Shown here: positions 63,707 to 64,000 of the stretch, in pieces
Layout of the letters: each line of letters opens with the position of its first letter
Position numbering within the stretch: the first letter of the stretch is position 1
DNA from: Patescibacteria group bacterium
GTDB lineage: Bacteria; Patescibacteriota; Patescibacteriia; Patescibacteriales; UBA12465
DNA: 64,000 nucleotides
Reading direction: 5' to 3'
Assembly (NCBI GenBank): GCA_023229115.1
Contig: JALNZW010000007.1
Coordinates: 1,423-65,422 of the forward strand
The notes under the pieces: generated by a model
The model's database searches: none
Told to the model about the DNA's origin: nothing
The model's input: the letters and a program-made list of their open reading frames with translations, nothing else
Program-made: the position numbers and the translations under genes

Positions 63707-64000
63707 TCAAAATAATTCGCTACTGGCAAAATGGAAATTTATTTCCATTTCAGCTGTTTGCAAGCTATCCGAACCATGGATCCCATTGTCATCAATAGAT
63801 GATCCAAAGATTTTCCTAATAGTTCCTTCTTCGGCCACAAGGGGGTTAGTACTACCAATGAGGCTTCTAAAATCAAGGACAGCATTCTCCTTTTCTAGCA
63901 CGGCTACTATCACCGGACCGGAAGTCATTGCTTTAACCAACTTTTTAAAAAATGGCCTGTCACGATGAATCTCATAAAACAATCCTGCTCTTTTCGGGGT
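63707..64000 (-). CDS. ndk: Nucleoside diphosphate kinase, 5'-partial (N-terminus beyond window end)
   Basis: ...FYEIHRDRPFF...SGPVIVAVLEKENAV...GSTNP..A..GTIR...NGIHGSDS (catalytic His in NGIHGSD). The frame stays open to base 64000. Confidence 0.9.
   Translation of the reverse strand, partial: TPKRAGLFYEIHRDRPFFKKLVKAMTSGPVIVAVLEKENAVLDFRSLIGSTNPLVAEEGTIRKIFGSSIDDNGIHGSDSLQTAEMEINFHFASSELF

Noticed and set aside
4575-63968. Short ORFs nested antisense or out of frame inside longer, family-assignable genes: 4575..4778, 10237..10458, 10560..10781, 12006..12284, 13007..13195, 14566..14763, 15846..16091, 16003..16428, 16305..16490, 18437..18661, 26007..26219, 30954..31148, 31021..31338, 32623..32946, 33891..34073, 46980..47165, 49985..50191, 51514..51705, 52317..52565, 53469..53657, 54092..54301, 55836..56048, 58530..58841, 59259..59453, 59960..60154, 60265..60495, 63786..63968
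   Set aside because: Each lies within or against a longer ORF with clear homology-style motifs or a coherent membrane-protein profile. Their translations are low-complexity (F/L/I/K/S-rich), as expected from AT-rich antisense frames.
1-64000. Alternative genetic code (UGA recoding as in some CPR lineages)
   Set aside because: Housekeeping genes such as uvrA, aspS, dnaX and lysS are full length and uninterrupted under the standard bacterial code. No recoding is needed.

Overview
This is an AT-rich bacterial chromosome segment, with G+C well below one half by eye. Gene organisation is compact and almost entirely on the minus strand from about 1 kb to 57.9 kb. The standard code gives long uninterrupted ORFs.

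Gene content fits a reduced-genome, Patescibacteria/CPR-like organism; this is inference from content and style, and no marker was searched.
- Housekeeping genes: alr, serS, dnaX, engB, lysS, greA, murI, uvrB-uvrA-uvrC, rlmH, purA, aspS, ndk.
- A surface-glycan cluster at 31.6-37.0 kb.
- A nucleoside-salvage cluster at 47.8-50.2 kb.
- Many secreted cysteine-rich or small membrane proteins with no recognisable family.

The unusual region is 19.5-28.5 kb.
- A tRNA-Gln(CUG) gene lies at 28423-28493 on the minus strand.
- Its last 19 nt (T-loop to discriminator plus 1) recur exactly at 19518-19536 and 20878-20896, in the same orientation and downstream of the tRNA. A degenerate third copy lies near 27970-27997.
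- This is the classic signature of serial integration at a tRNA 3' end, but no integrase is present.
- Each exact repeat is fused to a conspicuously GC-rich, hairpin-rich, non-coding segment of about 240 and 350 nt. The two segments share a 29-nt block and a 116-nt core (113/116 identical).
- Read on the plus strand, they carry scattered tmRNA-like hallmarks, but neither folds into a canonical tmRNA.
- Between these landmarks lies an accessory island of orphan membrane proteins, a cN-IA-type 5'-nucleotidase and a DUF5677-like protein.

No CRISPR array, rRNA, transposase or prophage structural genes were seen.
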